Assembly: GCA_963693055.1 (NCBI GenBank) | Contig: OY843751.1 | Coordinates: 1,824,001-1,888,000, forward strand | Reading direction: 5' to 3' | DNA from: a bacterium | Lineage (GTDB): Bacteria > Zhuqueibacterota > Zhuqueibacteria > Residuimicrobiales > Krinioviventaceae | Length of the DNA: 64,000 nt | In this document: positions 45,357 through 55,494 of the stretch, in pieces | Position numbering within the stretch: the stretch's first letter is position 1 | Layout: every line of letters begins with the position of its first letter | The notes under the pieces: model-generated | What the model was told of the DNA's origin: nothing | Seen by the model: only the letters and a program-made list of their open reading frames with translations | The model's database searches: none | Program-made: the position numbers and the translations under genes

Positions 45357-45923
45357 TTAATTTTTTCTTACAAAATTTTCAATGATTTTCATACCATCTT
45401 TGGTCATAATCGATTCAGGATGAAACTGAACGCCCTCTACAGGATACTCTTTATGACGAATGCCCATAATCTGGTGATCTGCAGTTTCAGCAGTAATTTC
45501 AAGACAGTCTGGTAAAGATTCCCTTTCTACAATTAGAGAGTGATATCTGCCGCCTTTTAAAGGATTTGGAACATTTGCAAATAGCCCTTTACCATCATGA
45601 TTAATATCGCTGTCCTTTCCATGAACCAGTTCTTTGGCCTGAATAACTTTGCCTTGAAATGCTTCTGCAATGGATTGGTGTCCCAGGCAGACCCCAAGCA
45701 ATGGATATTTTTTGTAAAATGTTTTAATTACATCCAGAGAAATTCCTGCTGAATTCGGATACCCCGGTCCCGGAGAGATCACGATCTTGTCCGGATTCAA
45801 CTTTTCAATTTCTTCCAAGGTGATTTCATCATTTCGTTTAACTATTAGTGTTTCACCTAGCGTACCAATATATTGGACCAAATTATAAGTAAATGAATCA
45901 TAATTATCTATTACCAGTATCAT
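45357..45923 (-). CDS. trpG: Anthranilate synthase component II
   Basis: [29 protein letters not shown]. Confidence 0.95.
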   Translation of the reverse strand: MILVIDNYDSFTYNLVQYIGTLGETLIVKRNDEITLEEIEKLNPDKIVISPGPGYPNSAGISLDVIKTFYKKYPLLGVCLGHQSIAEAFQGKVIQAKELVHGKDSDINHDGKGLFANVPNPLKGGRYHSLIVERESLPDCLEITAETADHQIMGIRHKEYPVEGVQFHPESIMTKDGMKIIENFVRKN

Positions 45924-47392
45924 AACAAACCTCCCTGCGCATATTCTATTGCTGTCAAAAGCCCTTTGGCTTTATTCAGTGTCTCTTGATATTCACTTTC
46001 AGGTACAGAATCCGCAACAATACCTGCGCCTGCCTGTACATAAGCATTATTATCTTTTATGTATATCGTTCTTATGGCAATACACACATCCATATTGCCG
46101 TTAAATCCAAAATATCCTGCTGCTCCGGCGTAAATACCGCGTTTTGTCGGTTCCAGTTCTTCAATGATTTCCATAGCTCTTACCTTTGGCGCTCCCGAAA
46201 CAGTACCGGCAGGAAAGCATGCTTTAAAAACATCAATGGCATCCATGCCTTCTTTTAGCTTGCCGCTAACAGTAGAGACAATGTGTATGACATGAGAATA
46301 TTTTTCCGTTATCATTAAATCTTCAACTTTGACAGATCCATATTCAGCAATACGGCCAATATCATTTCGACCCAAATCGACCAGCATGGTATGTTCAGCT
46401 CTTTCTTTGGGATCTGCCAACAACTCGTTTATGATTTCCTTATCTTCCTGTTCGTTTAAGCCTCGTTTCCGTGTGCCGGCAATCGGTTTGACCAAAACCT
46501 TGCCGTCTTCTAGTTTAACCAGTGTTTCCGGAGATGAGCCAAGAATGCTTGTATTATCCATGTCGAGATAAAACATATAAGGGGAGGGATTAATAACGCG
46601 TAAAGCCCGGTAAATATCAAAAGGATTGGTGTCTGTACTGACTCTGAGCCGTTGAGAGAGCACGCCCTGAAAGATATCGCCCTTTTTAATATATTCTTTG
46701 GTTTTTTCAACTATTTTTTTGTATTCCTCTTTGCTGATATTGCTTTCAAAGTAATCTGATTTAAGCAAGCTTGTTCTGCCATTCCGAAATTCGGGGCTGG
46801 AATGAATAGAATCTATAATATCTTTGATCTTGTTAACAGCTTCTGCATATTCTTTTTCTACGTTTCCTTTTGTTACAACATTATAGATAATTGTAATCGT
46901 ATTAAAGAGGTTGTCAAATACGATTACTTTTTGAGGAATGAACAATTGTATATCCGGTAATTCCATATCATCTATAGTCTGATCCGGAAGTTTTTCAATA
47001 TAACGGATAGAGTCGTAACCCATATAGCCAAAGAATCCATTATCGATAAATGGTATTTGATGAGAACTGTTGCTTTTGTATTGTTTATAAAGATTTTTAA
47101 GAACCTGAAATGGATTTTCTGTAAATGTCTCTTTTTCACCTGAATAAACATACTCGATATCTGTAACATTATTTTTGCATGTGAAAATTACAAGCGGGCT
47201 GTCACCAATTATTGAATAGCGCCCACGTTGTACTCCACCTTCAACGCTTTCCAGTAAAAAGCGAAATTTTCCGTTTGTTGCTTTCAGGAAAGTAGAGACG
47301 GGTGTGTCCATATCACCCAGAATTTCTGCCGTAACCGGATGAAAGTTTGAACTGTATTGTTCTCTAAATTCTTCAAAAGTCGTAATTTTCAT
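45920..47392 (-). CDS. trpE: Anthranilate synthase component I
   Basis: [38 protein letters not shown]. Confidence 0.96.
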   Translation of the reverse strand: MKITTFEEFREQYSSNFHPVTAEILGDMDTPVSTFLKATNGKFRFLLESVEGGVQRGRYSIIGDSPLVIFTCKNNVTDIEYVYSGEKETFTENPFQVLKNLYKQYKSNSSHQIPFIDNGFFGYMGYDSIRYIEKLPDQTIDDMELPDIQLFIPQKVIVFDNLFNTITIIYNVVTKGNVEKEYAEAVNKIKDIIDSIHSSPEFRNGRTSLLKSDYFESNISKEEYKKIVEKTKEYIKKGDIFQGVLSQRLRVSTDTNPFDIYRALRVINPSPYMFYLDMDNTSILGSSPETLVKLEDGKVLVKPIAGTRKRGLNEQEDKEIINELLADPKERAEHTMLVDLGRNDIGRIAEYGSVKVEDLMITEKYSHVIHIVSTVSGKLKEGMDAIDVFKACFPAGTVSGAPKVRAMEIIEELEPTKRGIYAGAAGYFGFNGNMDVCIAIRTIYIKDNNAYVQAGAGIVADSVPESEYQETLNKAKGLLTAIEYAQGGLL

Positions 47393-47408
47393 AATTTCTC
47401 CTATAAAT

Positions 47409-47446
47409 AAAAAAGGCGCTGTGATTTCGAGTGCTCACAGCGCCTT
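47409..47446 (-). terminator. trp attenuator terminator 2 (proximal to trpE)
   Basis: Minus strand AAGGCGCTGTGA-gcactcgaaa-TCACAGCGCCTT followed by TTTTATTT. Confidence 0.8.
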
Positions 47447-47450
47447 AAAC

Positions 47451-47486
47451 AAAAAACGCCGTGAATGTAATGGTACATCCACGGCG
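47451..47486 (-). terminator. trp attenuator terminator 1
   Basis: Minus strand CGCCGTGGATGTA-ccat-TACATTCACGGCG followed by TTTTTTGTTT. Confidence 0.8.
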
Positions 47487-47511
47487 AACATTTTTTATAT
47501 ATTAAATTATT

Positions 47512-47583
47512 TTACCGATGGCGTACCTTAAAACTCCAACGCCACCACCAATTTAAAAGATTTTGTAAAATAATTTGTGTCAT
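47512..47583 (-). CDS. trpL: trp operon leader peptide MTQIILQNLLNWWWRWSFKVRHR
   Basis: 23-aa ORF with WWWRW, SD-like GGAAAAAG, directly upstream of the terminators and trpE; too short for the ORF track. Confidence 0.88.
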   Translation of the reverse strand: MTQIILQNLLNWWWRWSFKVRHR

Positions 47584-47613
47584 TCTTTTTCCATAAAATT
47601 GTTAACGAGCCAA

Positions 47614-47642
47614 AAATTAACATAATAAAATGTGAATGTCAA
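47614..47642 (-). promoter_or_regulatory. Putative trp promoter
   Basis: Minus strand TTGACA-N17-TAATTT. Confidence 0.5.
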
Positions 47643-47708
47643 TACTTTTTTAATTTTTTTTGTCAATATAATAAAAAATTCAATAGAGCAGATGTTTTTA
47701 AAATTGAC

Positions 47709-47737
47709 TTGACTTGATTTTCTATTATTTATATATT
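47709..47737 (+). promoter_or_regulatory. Putative rib operon promoter
   Basis: TTGACT-N17-TATATT, divergent from the trp promoter. Confidence 0.45.
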
Positions 47738-47859
47738 GAGGTTCGAATTTTGTAGGCTTGGTTCTTTTTTAAAATATCTAAAAATTTAAGCCCAAGTATT
47801 TGGGCTGTTTTGTGTTTATTTTGTTTGTTCAAGATTTAGTATAATATAAAGGTTTTTTT

Positions 47860-48993
47860 TTGACTAATCATTCAGATTCCAGTGTTGCTGAGACAGATTT
47901 ACAATTTATGAAACGGGCCCTAACGCTTGCTGAACGCGGGCGGGGTATGGTGAGCCCGAATCCTATGGTTGGGGCATTGGTAGTTAAAGATGGCAAGGTT
48001 GTAGGTGAGGGGTATCATGAAAAGTTTGGACTCGCGCATGCTGAAGTAAATGCGCTGGATAATGCAGGTGATGATTCAATTGGGGCCACTTTGTATGTTA
48101 CATTAGAACCCTGTTCTCACCATGGAAAAACACCCCCCTGTACAGAAAAGATATATGAAGCAGGCATCTCTCGTGTAGTTGTGGGTATGTCTGACCCTAA
48201 TCCCATTGTGAACGGCAAGGGTATTAATTTTTTGCGATCAAAAGGGATTTCTGTAACTGAAAATGTATTGCAGGATAAATGCTCGGAATTGAATGAAGGT
48301 TATATATTTTATATTACCCATAATCGTCCATTAATTACCTTGAAATTTGCCCAAACCCTGGATGGTAGAATTGCTACCAGTACAGGTCATTCTAAATGGA
48401 TTACATCTGAAGAATCACGTTCGCAGGCGCACAAGCTACGCGCCCGTAACGATGCTATTTTGGTTGGCATTGGCACTGTATTGATGGATGATCCCAGTTT
48501 GACTGTACATATGGCCAAAGGGCCTTCTCCTAAACGAATTATTCTAGATAGTCAACTTCGTGTTCCTCTGGATGCAGGAATTTTTTCAGATTCTATGACC
48601 AATCAGACTATAATTATGACAACAGATTCCGCATCAAAAGAAAAAATCAGCAGAATTGAGGAAAAAGGAGCTTTTGTTTTAATACTTGACCCGGATGAGA
48701 GAGGTTGGGTACCCCAGGAAAAATTGTGGAATAAACTTGCAGAAATTGGCATTACATCAGTAGTTGTTGAGGGAGGCAGTTCTATTTTTACGGAATGTCT
48801 CAGACACGGGTTTGCAGACAAGTTCTTTTGTTTTATTGCACCCAAAATATTAGGCAGCGGAATTGATACCATTGGTGATTTGAATATCCGGAATATAAAT
48901 TCAGCAATTCAATTGACCAATACCAAAGTTAAAAGATTAAAAACAGATTTCCTGATAACAGGAGATTTTAAAGATTTGTATCCTCTCGGTTAA
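47860..48993 (+). CDS. ribD: Riboflavin biosynthesis deaminase/reductase
   Basis: PNPMVG, HAE, TLEPC......PPC, SKWIT, VEGG. Confidence 0.96.
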   Translation: MTNHSDSSVAETDLQFMKRALTLAERGRGMVSPNPMVGALVVKDGKVVGEGYHEKFGLAHAEVNALDNAGDDSIGATLYVTLEPCSHHGKTPPCTEKIYEAGISRVVVGMSDPNPIVNGKGINFLRSKGISVTENVLQDKCSELNEGYIFYITHNRPLITLKFAQTLDGRIATSTGHSKWITSEESRSQAHKLRARNDAILVGIGTVLMDDPSLTVHMAKGPSPKRIILDSQLRVPLDAGIFSDSMTNQTIIMTTDSASKEKISRIEEKGAFVLILDPDERGWVPQEKLWNKLAEIGITSVVVEGGSSIFTECLRHGFADKFFCFIAPKILGSGIDTIGDLNIRNINSAIQLTNTKVKRLKTDFLITGDFKDLYPLG

Positions 48994-48995
48994 AA

Positions 48996-49637
48996 ATGTT
49001 TACCGGATTAATTGAAGAAATTGGACAAATACGATCCATTGAAAATTTTGGCGATGGGTCCAGAATACATATAAATGCAACAAAAATCCTTGATGATATC
49101 AATCTGGGTGACAGTATAGCTGTAAATGGCGTCTGTTTAACAGTTGTATCCCACTCTGATAATTCGTTCAGTGTTGAAGCTGTAAAAGAAACCATGACAC
49201 GCTCAGCACTATCTGAGTTAAAAATCCATCAAAATGTCAATCTGGAGCGCGCATTAAAAGCAAACAGTCGTTTGGGTGGCCATTTTGTACAAGGCCATGT
49301 GGATGGGATTGGTACGGTTTTGGCAATGGATAAACAGGATCCTGGTTATTTGTTAAAAATACAATTACCAGCTGAACTGTCTAAATTTTTGGTTGAAAAA
49401 GGATCTATAGCTATTAATGGCATTAGTTTGACACTGGCTTCTGTAGAAAGTGACCGAATCTCATTGGCAATCATTCCACATACGGTGCAAGCAACAACTT
49501 TACATGCGCTCAAAAGTGGAGATTCAGTCAATATTGAAGTTGATGTGCTTGGTAAATATATTTATAAAATGGTTGGGCCATTTGCCCAGCAAAGTGGTAT
49601 TACACTTGAAAAATTAAAAGATTTTGGATTTGATTAA
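48996..49637 (+). CDS. ribE: Riboflavin synthase
   Basis: MFTGLIE, GDSIAVNGVCLT, GGHFVQGHVDG. Confidence 0.96.
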   Translation: MFTGLIEEIGQIRSIENFGDGSRIHINATKILDDINLGDSIAVNGVCLTVVSHSDNSFSVEAVKETMTRSALSELKIHQNVNLERALKANSRLGGHFVQGHVDGIGTVLAMDKQDPGYLLKIQLPAELSKFLVEKGSIAINGISLTLASVESDRISLAIIPHTVQATTLHALKSGDSVNIEVDVLGKYIYKMVGPFAQQSGITLEKLKDFGFD

Positions 49638-49651
49638 CAACAAGAGGCATT

Positions 49652-50869
49652 GTGACTAGAGAAATTAAATTTAATACAATACCGGAAGCAATCGAAGCGT
49701 TAAAGCGGGGCGAGATCATTATTGTTTCTGATGATGAAGACCGTGAGAATGAGGGTGATTTTATTATGTTGGCGGACAAGGTCCGTCCTGAAGATATTAA
49801 TTTTATGGTAACCCATGGCAGAGGACTTGTATGTGTTGCAATGCCAGGGCAACGTTTGGAAGAGCTTGATATACATCTGATGGTTGGTAGAAATACCGCA
49901 TTACTTGGAACCAATTTTACTGTTTCTGTGGATTGCATGCATGGCATTGCAACTGGAATTTCTGCATATGATCGTGCAACTACTATAAAAAAACTTATTG
50001 ATCCTGACGCGCAACCCTCTGATTTTGCCAAACCGGGACATATTTTTCCTATTGCCGCAGAAGAAGGTGGGGTACTGAAACGTGCCGGTCATACTGAAGC
50101 AGTTGTAGATTTGGCTAAACTTGCGGGTGCTACACCTGCGGGTGTTTTGTGTGAAATTATGGAAGAAAATGGAGAGATGGCCCGTGTACCCTCTCTTATG
50201 AAAATTGCTAAAAAGTTTAATCTCTGTATTGTTTCTGTACGTGAACTTATACATTACCGCCATAAAAATGAAGTTTTGGTTGAAAAAATTGCTTCGGCAG
50301 AATTTCCTACAAAGTATGGCCACTTTACCTTGCATGCTTTTAAGAGCCAGTTAGAAATTGAAGAACATTTAGCTATTGTTAAAGGTGATGTCAATACAGA
50401 TGAACCCATACTTGTACGTGTGCATTCTCAATGTCTGACTGGAGATATTCTGGGATCCATGCGTTGCGATTGTGGAGACCAACTGCAAACAGCGTTAAAT
50501 GCTATTGAGGAAGAGGGCCGCGGTGTTGTTTTGTATATGAGACAGGAGGGGCGTGGAATTGGCCTGGGCAATAAAATTAAAGCCTATCATTTACAAGACA
50601 AGGGCAAAGATACTGTAGAAGCCAATCTTGAATTGGGCTTTAAGGCCGATTTACGCGATTATGGTATAGGCGCGCAGATTTTATTTGAATTGGGTGTACG
50701 TAATATTAAATTATTGACCAATAACCCCAAAAAGATTGTAGGGTTGGAAGGGTATGGGCTCAAAGTTGTTGAACGCATACCGATTGAAATCCAGGCAAAT
50801 GATGTAAATTCCTGTTATCTGACAACCAAGCGTGACAAGCTTGGTCATATGATAATGAACGATAAATAA
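49652..50869 (+). CDS. ribBA: Bifunctional DHBP synthase / GTP cyclohydrolase II
   Basis: DDEDRENEGD, RAGHTEA, RVHSQCLTGD...RCDCG, QEGRGIG. Confidence 0.97.
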   Translation: MTREIKFNTIPEAIEALKRGEIIIVSDDEDRENEGDFIMLADKVRPEDINFMVTHGRGLVCVAMPGQRLEELDIHLMVGRNTALLGTNFTVSVDCMHGIATGISAYDRATTIKKLIDPDAQPSDFAKPGHIFPIAAEEGGVLKRAGHTEAVVDLAKLAGATPAGVLCEIMEENGEMARVPSLMKIAKKFNLCIVSVRELIHYRHKNEVLVEKIASAEFPTKYGHFTLHAFKSQLEIEEHLAIVKGDVNTDEPILVRVHSQCLTGDILGSMRCDCGDQLQTALNAIEEEGRGVVLYMRQEGRGIGLGNKIKAYHLQDKGKDTVEANLELGFKADLRDYGIGAQILFELGVRNIKLLTNNPKKIVGLEGYGLKVVERIPIEIQANDVNSCYLTTKRDKLGHMIMNDK

Positions 50870-50899
50870 GAAATTCATATAAATTATACAGGTGTAAAA

Positions 50900-51367
50900 A
50901 TGCCCAATATTTTAGAAGGACAATTATCTGCAAAAAATAAAAAATTTGCCATTGTTGTGAGTCGGTTTAATGAGCTGATTTGCCGTAAACTTTTGGACGG
51001 AGCACTGGACTGTATCTCCCGTCATGATGGTGATCTTGGTAAAGTTGACATTGCCTGGGTACCTGGTTCATTTGAAATACCGGTTGCTACCAAAAAATTT
51101 GCCGATTCCAAAAAGTATGATGCCATAATATGCCTGGGTGCAGTGATTCGAGGTGCTACACCACATTTTGAATATATCTCTGCCGAAGTGACCAAAGGTA
51201 TTGCACAGGTAAGTCTGGAATATGGCGTGCCGGTTTCTTATGGTGTAATTACTCCGGATACCCTGGAACAGGCGCTTGAACGTGCCGGGACTAAATCTGG
51301 CAACAAAGGGTGGGATGCCGCCATGAGTGCCATTGAAATGGCAGACTTGTTCACCAAAATGGCTTAA
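50900..51367 (+). CDS. ribH: Lumazine synthase
   Basis: [24 protein letters not shown]. Confidence 0.97.
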   Translation: MPNILEGQLSAKNKKFAIVVSRFNELICRKLLDGALDCISRHDGDLGKVDIAWVPGSFEIPVATKKFADSKKYDAIICLGAVIRGATPHFEYISAEVTKGIAQVSLEYGVPVSYGVITPDTLEQALERAGTKSGNKGWDAAMSAIEMADLFTKMA

Positions 51368-51390
51368 TATAATTCAGATTTTACATTTTC

Positions 51391-51422
51391 GGGTGATAAT
51401 TTTAAAATTGTCACCCATTTCT
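51391..51422 (+). terminator. Probable terminator after ribH
   Basis: GGGTGATAATT/AATTGTCACCC hairpin followed by ATTTCTTT. Confidence 0.55.
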
Positions 51423-51512
51423 TTATATTGCTGTGAATAACGGGAACCCGTATATTGTTCATAGAGTTTGATATACTAAACGAATTCAACCTGCAATAAG
51501 ATTGGTTTATCT

Positions 51513-53672
51513 ATGAAAAAAAATATTCTAGTATGTTTGATGATTTTTGTTTCTGCAATATCTGGTTTTGCTGATGTTTCAGATTGGACAACTTTTACCA
51601 ATGCCGATGATGTACGGGATTTTGTTATTGTAAATAGCACCTTATGGAATGCAACAAATGGTGGTTTATTAACATTGGATCTGAACACATATGAATTTTC
51701 AAAATATACGAATATTGATGGATTAAAAGATATACTATTGTCAACACTCACTGTTGATAAATATAATAATATCTGGGTGGCCATGGAAGATGGAACCATT
51801 CAACGTTTTGATCCTGATTCTAAAACTTGGGATATGATCTCTGATTATGAGGGATATACGGTAAATGATCTTTTTGCAATTGGTGATTCTGTTTTTGTTG
51901 GTTTAAATATTGGCATAAGCCTGTTTGATTCATACCGTTGGGAAGTAAAAGAAACATATAAAATTGGTGATGTAAATAATATTGCTGTTGTAAATAATTC
52001 AATTTGGGCGGCAACCTCAATGGGAGTCAAGACTGCCAGTCTTGATTTTCCTAATCTTATAGCACCCAGTGCCTGGACAACCTACACAACTTCACATGGG
52101 CTTCCTGATAATAATGTTATGGTCGTTCATGGCGCAGATGGTGTAATATATGCCGGAACGGAAAACGGTCTTGTCTCTTTTCAAAATGGTTTATGGGGAA
52201 ATATCGCTTTTGAAAATGTTGATATAAATGCCATTTGCGACTGGAATGATACAGTATTGCTATCAACAAGATCAGCAATTTATTATTTAAATGAAAATAG
52301 CTGGACCCAACTGGCTGGGTATAGCAATATCACTCAACTTTGTGCAGAATCTAATGGTCACATTTGGGCCAGCCAGGGTGATAACGGACTCTATATGTAT
52401 GATGGCAACAATTGGACCCACCACATTCCCAATGGCCCTTCAACCAATAATTTTGCTGCACTGGCTGTTGATAAAACGGGCAACTTGTGGACAGCTTCTG
52501 CAAGTGATGGGATATCCATGTTTAATGGTACCGAATGGTTTAATTATTCAACTCGAAATGGGTATTTAAATTCTAACGATTTTCGTGATCTTGAAGTTGA
52601 TAATCAAAACAGGGTTTGGGCTGCAAGTTATGGCGGTGGTGTAACCGTCTTTACTCCTAACGGAGATGATACTTTTGATTTAACTTTATTTTATACTGAT
52701 CATTTGTCAGGAAGCGCCGGCAGCCCCAATTATGTTCCCACTCATGGTGTGAAATTGGATGATCAGGGGAATATGTGGATTTTAAATTATGCTGCAGCCA
52801 GTAATAATCCGGTAGCTGTTGTAGATTCTACTTTTGAGCATTGGCAGTATTTTTCAGTTTCAGATGGTATTCGGTCAAAAGACCTGGTGACAATGGAATT
52901 TGACCAGTACGGACGGAAGTGGTTCGGCTCTACAAGCGGTGGTGTATTTGTTTTGAATGACAATAATACACCCTTTGATAAATCTGATGATCAGCTTGAA
53001 GGCACTTTGACCAGTGTTGATGGACTAGCAAGTAACAATGTTACATCATTGGTGATGGATCTTGATTATATTATGTACATTGGTACCCCTGAAGGTTTAA
53101 ATACATATTTTTCAGGCGAATTGAGTGAATATCTTGATAATCGTGTAATCAACAGTACTATTAATACAATAATGCTGGATGGTGTTAATAATAAATGGGT
53201 AGGAACAAGTGGCGGTCTAAGTATGCTTCACTCGGACGGGTTTGATACTACGCATTATGTTTCAGAGACCCATCCTCTGGTGTCAGATAATGTAACCAGC
53301 CTGGCATTTAATGAAGATACGGGAGAGTTGTTTATAGGTACTACCAATGGTCTTTCCCGGTTTGTTACACCCTATACACGTCCTCAGGAAACGTTAAATT
53401 TAGTTAAAGGTTATCCAAATCCGTTTGTTCTTGAATCCGCCATGTCTCGATTTTATATTGATAACCTGGGTAGAGAATCACAGGTACGTATATTTACTGC
53501 TGAAGGATATTTTGTAACCCAGTTAACGGATAGTCAGGTTATGGGCTCTCGTGCGGTATGGGACGGTAAAAATGACCGTGGAGAATGGGTAGCCAGCGGT
53601 GTATATTTATATCAGATAATCACCCAGGATGGTGATACAAGTGTGGGTAAGGTTGCAGTTGTTCATCCTTAA
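51513..53672 (+). CDS. Secreted beta-propeller protein with C-terminal T9SS-CTD/FlgD-like Ig domain (PorZ-like)
   Basis: Signal peptide; many D..G..W.(A/G)T..GL propeller blades; YPNPF...RIFT.EG...WDGKN..G..VASGVYLY...GKVAVV. Confidence 0.7.
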   Translation: MKKNILVCLMIFVSAISGFADVSDWTTFTNADDVRDFVIVNSTLWNATNGGLLTLDLNTYEFSKYTNIDGLKDILLSTLTVDKYNNIWVAMEDGTIQRFDPDSKTWDMISDYEGYTVNDLFAIGDSVFVGLNIGISLFDSYRWEVKETYKIGDVNNIAVVNNSIWAATSMGVKTASLDFPNLIAPSAWTTYTTSHGLPDNNVMVVHGADGVIYAGTENGLVSFQNGLWGNIAFENVDINAICDWNDTVLLSTRSAIYYLNENSWTQLAGYSNITQLCAESNGHIWASQGDNGLYMYDGNNWTHHIPNGPSTNNFAALAVDKTGNLWTASASDGISMFNGTEWFNYSTRNGYLNSNDFRDLEVDNQNRVWAASYGGGVTVFTPNGDDTFDLTLFYTDHLSGSAGSPNYVPTHGVKLDDQGNMWILNYAAASNNPVAVVDSTFEHWQYFSVSDGIRSKDLVTMEFDQYGRKWFGSTSGGVFVLNDNNTPFDKSDDQLEGTLTSVDGLASNNVTSLVMDLDYIMYIGTPEGLNTYFSGELSEYLDNRVINSTINTIMLDGVNNKWVGTSGGLSMLHSDGFDTTHYVSETHPLVSDNVTSLAFNEDTGELFIGTTNGLSRFVTPYTRPQETLNLVKGYPNPFVLESAMSRFYIDNLGRESQVRIFTAEGYFVTQLTDSQVMGSRAVWDGKNDRGEWVASGVYLYQIITQDGDTSVGKVAVVHP

Positions 53673-53755
53673 TTTTTAAATTTTTATTTTTCTATTTGTA
53701 TTGTTCAAAATCTTGCTTATTTTTTATCTGTTTATTACAGATTAGATGAATTAAT

Positions 53756-55483
53756 ATGCTTAAAACATTATCAATAAAAAATTTTGCCCTAGTAGATCAA
53801 TTAAAAGTTGATTTTAATACCGGTCTAAATATAATTACAGGTGAGACGGGTACCGGTAAATCTATTATTATTGGTGCATTGGGAATTATTTTAGGTGAGA
53901 AATTCAAGATCGATACGCTACGGCATGGAGCAGATAAATCTGTACTTGAAGCAGAGTTTGAAATAGAAAATGCACCTGAATTGTTTGAATATCTGAATGA
54001 ACAAGATGTTGATTCGGATGGGAATTATGTAATTATTCGTCGGGAATTAAATGAATCCGGACGAAGTAGAAGTTTTATCAATGACACACCTGTTTCAATG
54101 CCTATACTGGAACATGTTGGGAATTTGTTGGTTGACTTGCATGGACAACACCAGCACCAGTTACTGTTGCAAAGTTTTAGACATATTTCATACCTTGATA
54201 ATTTTGCAAATATTGCGGAAAAGGTAGATGAATATAAAACGATCTATACAGGATATTTGGATTTAAAAAAACAACTGGATGAAATTGTAACTCGTGAAAA
54301 AGAAATAAAGCAAGCCAGTCAAATGTACGAGTTTCAATTAAACGAGATTAATTCTGTTGATCCAAAGCCGGAAGAGTTGGATGAGGCTGTCAAAGAAGAA
54401 CGGATTTTAAAAAATTCTGAAAAGCTTTTTGACATTACTCATATATTGTTCCGTCAACTATATGAAGAAAAAGGTTCTGTTACTGAAATTCTGAGTTCTG
54501 CTAAAATTAAATTGGATTCGCTGATTCCTATTGATGAATCTTTTGGCAGTTTAAAAGAAGAATGTGAAAATGCATCAATAATAATTCAAGAGCTTGCAAA
54601 TGCTCTGGGTGATTATAGCAGCAAAATTCAATTTGATCCTGATAGATTAGAAACGTTACGGCAGCGTATTGCTGTTTTAAACGGTTTATTGAAAAAATAT
54701 GGTGGCACGATTGATGCAGTTCTGGAGCATAAAGAACATTTGCAAAAAGAACTTGACCGTATTGACAATTTTGATGAAGAGATAGCTCATATTCGCAAGC
54801 AAACGGATACGGCTTTAACTCAATTAAAAAATAAAGGGTTAGAGCTTTCTAAAATCCGAATAGAGTTTGCTGAAAAATTAAGTGACTCTGTTACTAATGA
54901 ATTGGCATCTTTGGGTATGTCCAAATCAAGATTCGATGTATCAGTTCGTTACAATAATTCAGGTAATGATAACAATATTGCTATTGATGGAGAGACTGTC
55001 AAGGTTACTCAAAAGGGCCTTGATCGGGTTGAATTTATGATTTCCGCAAATCCTGGAGAAGCATTAAAACCTTTGACAATGGTAGCATCCGGAGGTGAGA
55101 TATCTAGAATTATGCTTGCATTAAAGTCTTTATTGGCAGAAGCGGATCATGTTCCGGTACTGATTTTTGATGAGATTGATATTGGTATTTCCGGAAGAAT
55201 TGCACAGGCTGTTGGTAAGAGTATGAAAAAACTGGCCCATTCGCATCAAATATTATGTATTACCCATTTACCCCAAATTGCAAGTTTGGGAGATTACCAC
55301 TATCTGGTTGAAAAAAAACAAGATGATCATTCAACACAAACTTCAATACGAATTCTTGAAAAATCTGAAAGAGTTGAACACATTGCCCGATTGATTGGCG
55401 GCGATACCTTGTCTGATGCACATTTGTCAAGTGCTGCGGAATTATTGAATGAATCTGAATCAAGTAAGACAAAAATATTATAG
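53756..55483 (+). CDS. recN: DNA repair protein RecN
   Basis: TGETG.GKS, DLHGQH, ASGGE.SRIMLA, FDEID.G.SG, THLPQIA. Confidence 0.97.
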   Translation: MLKTLSIKNFALVDQLKVDFNTGLNIITGETGTGKSIIIGALGIILGEKFKIDTLRHGADKSVLEAEFEIENAPELFEYLNEQDVDSDGNYVIIRRELNESGRSRSFINDTPVSMPILEHVGNLLVDLHGQHQHQLLLQSFRHISYLDNFANIAEKVDEYKTIYTGYLDLKKQLDEIVTREKEIKQASQMYEFQLNEINSVDPKPEELDEAVKEERILKNSEKLFDITHILFRQLYEEKGSVTEILSSAKIKLDSLIPIDESFGSLKEECENASIIIQELANALGDYSSKIQFDPDRLETLRQRIAVLNGLLKKYGGTIDAVLEHKEHLQKELDRIDNFDEEIAHIRKQTDTALTQLKNKGLELSKIRIEFAEKLSDSVTNELASLGMSKSRFDVSVRYNNSGNDNNIAIDGETVKVTQKGLDRVEFMISANPGEALKPLTMVASGGEISRIMLALKSLLAEADHVPVLIFDEIDIGISGRIAQAVGKSMKKLAHSHQILCITHLPQIASLGDYHYLVEKKQDDHSTQTSIRILEKSERVEHIARLIGGDTLSDAHLSSAAELLNESESSKTKIL

Positions 55484-55494
55484 GAGAGGGGCTC

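Noticed and set aside
47400-47600. T-box riboswitch or TRAP repeats for trp
   Set aside because: No T-box consensus or (G/U)AG repeat array; the leader peptide explains the region
47700-47860. FMN riboswitch upstream of ribD
   Set aside because: Region is AT-rich and lacks the RFN conserved blocks
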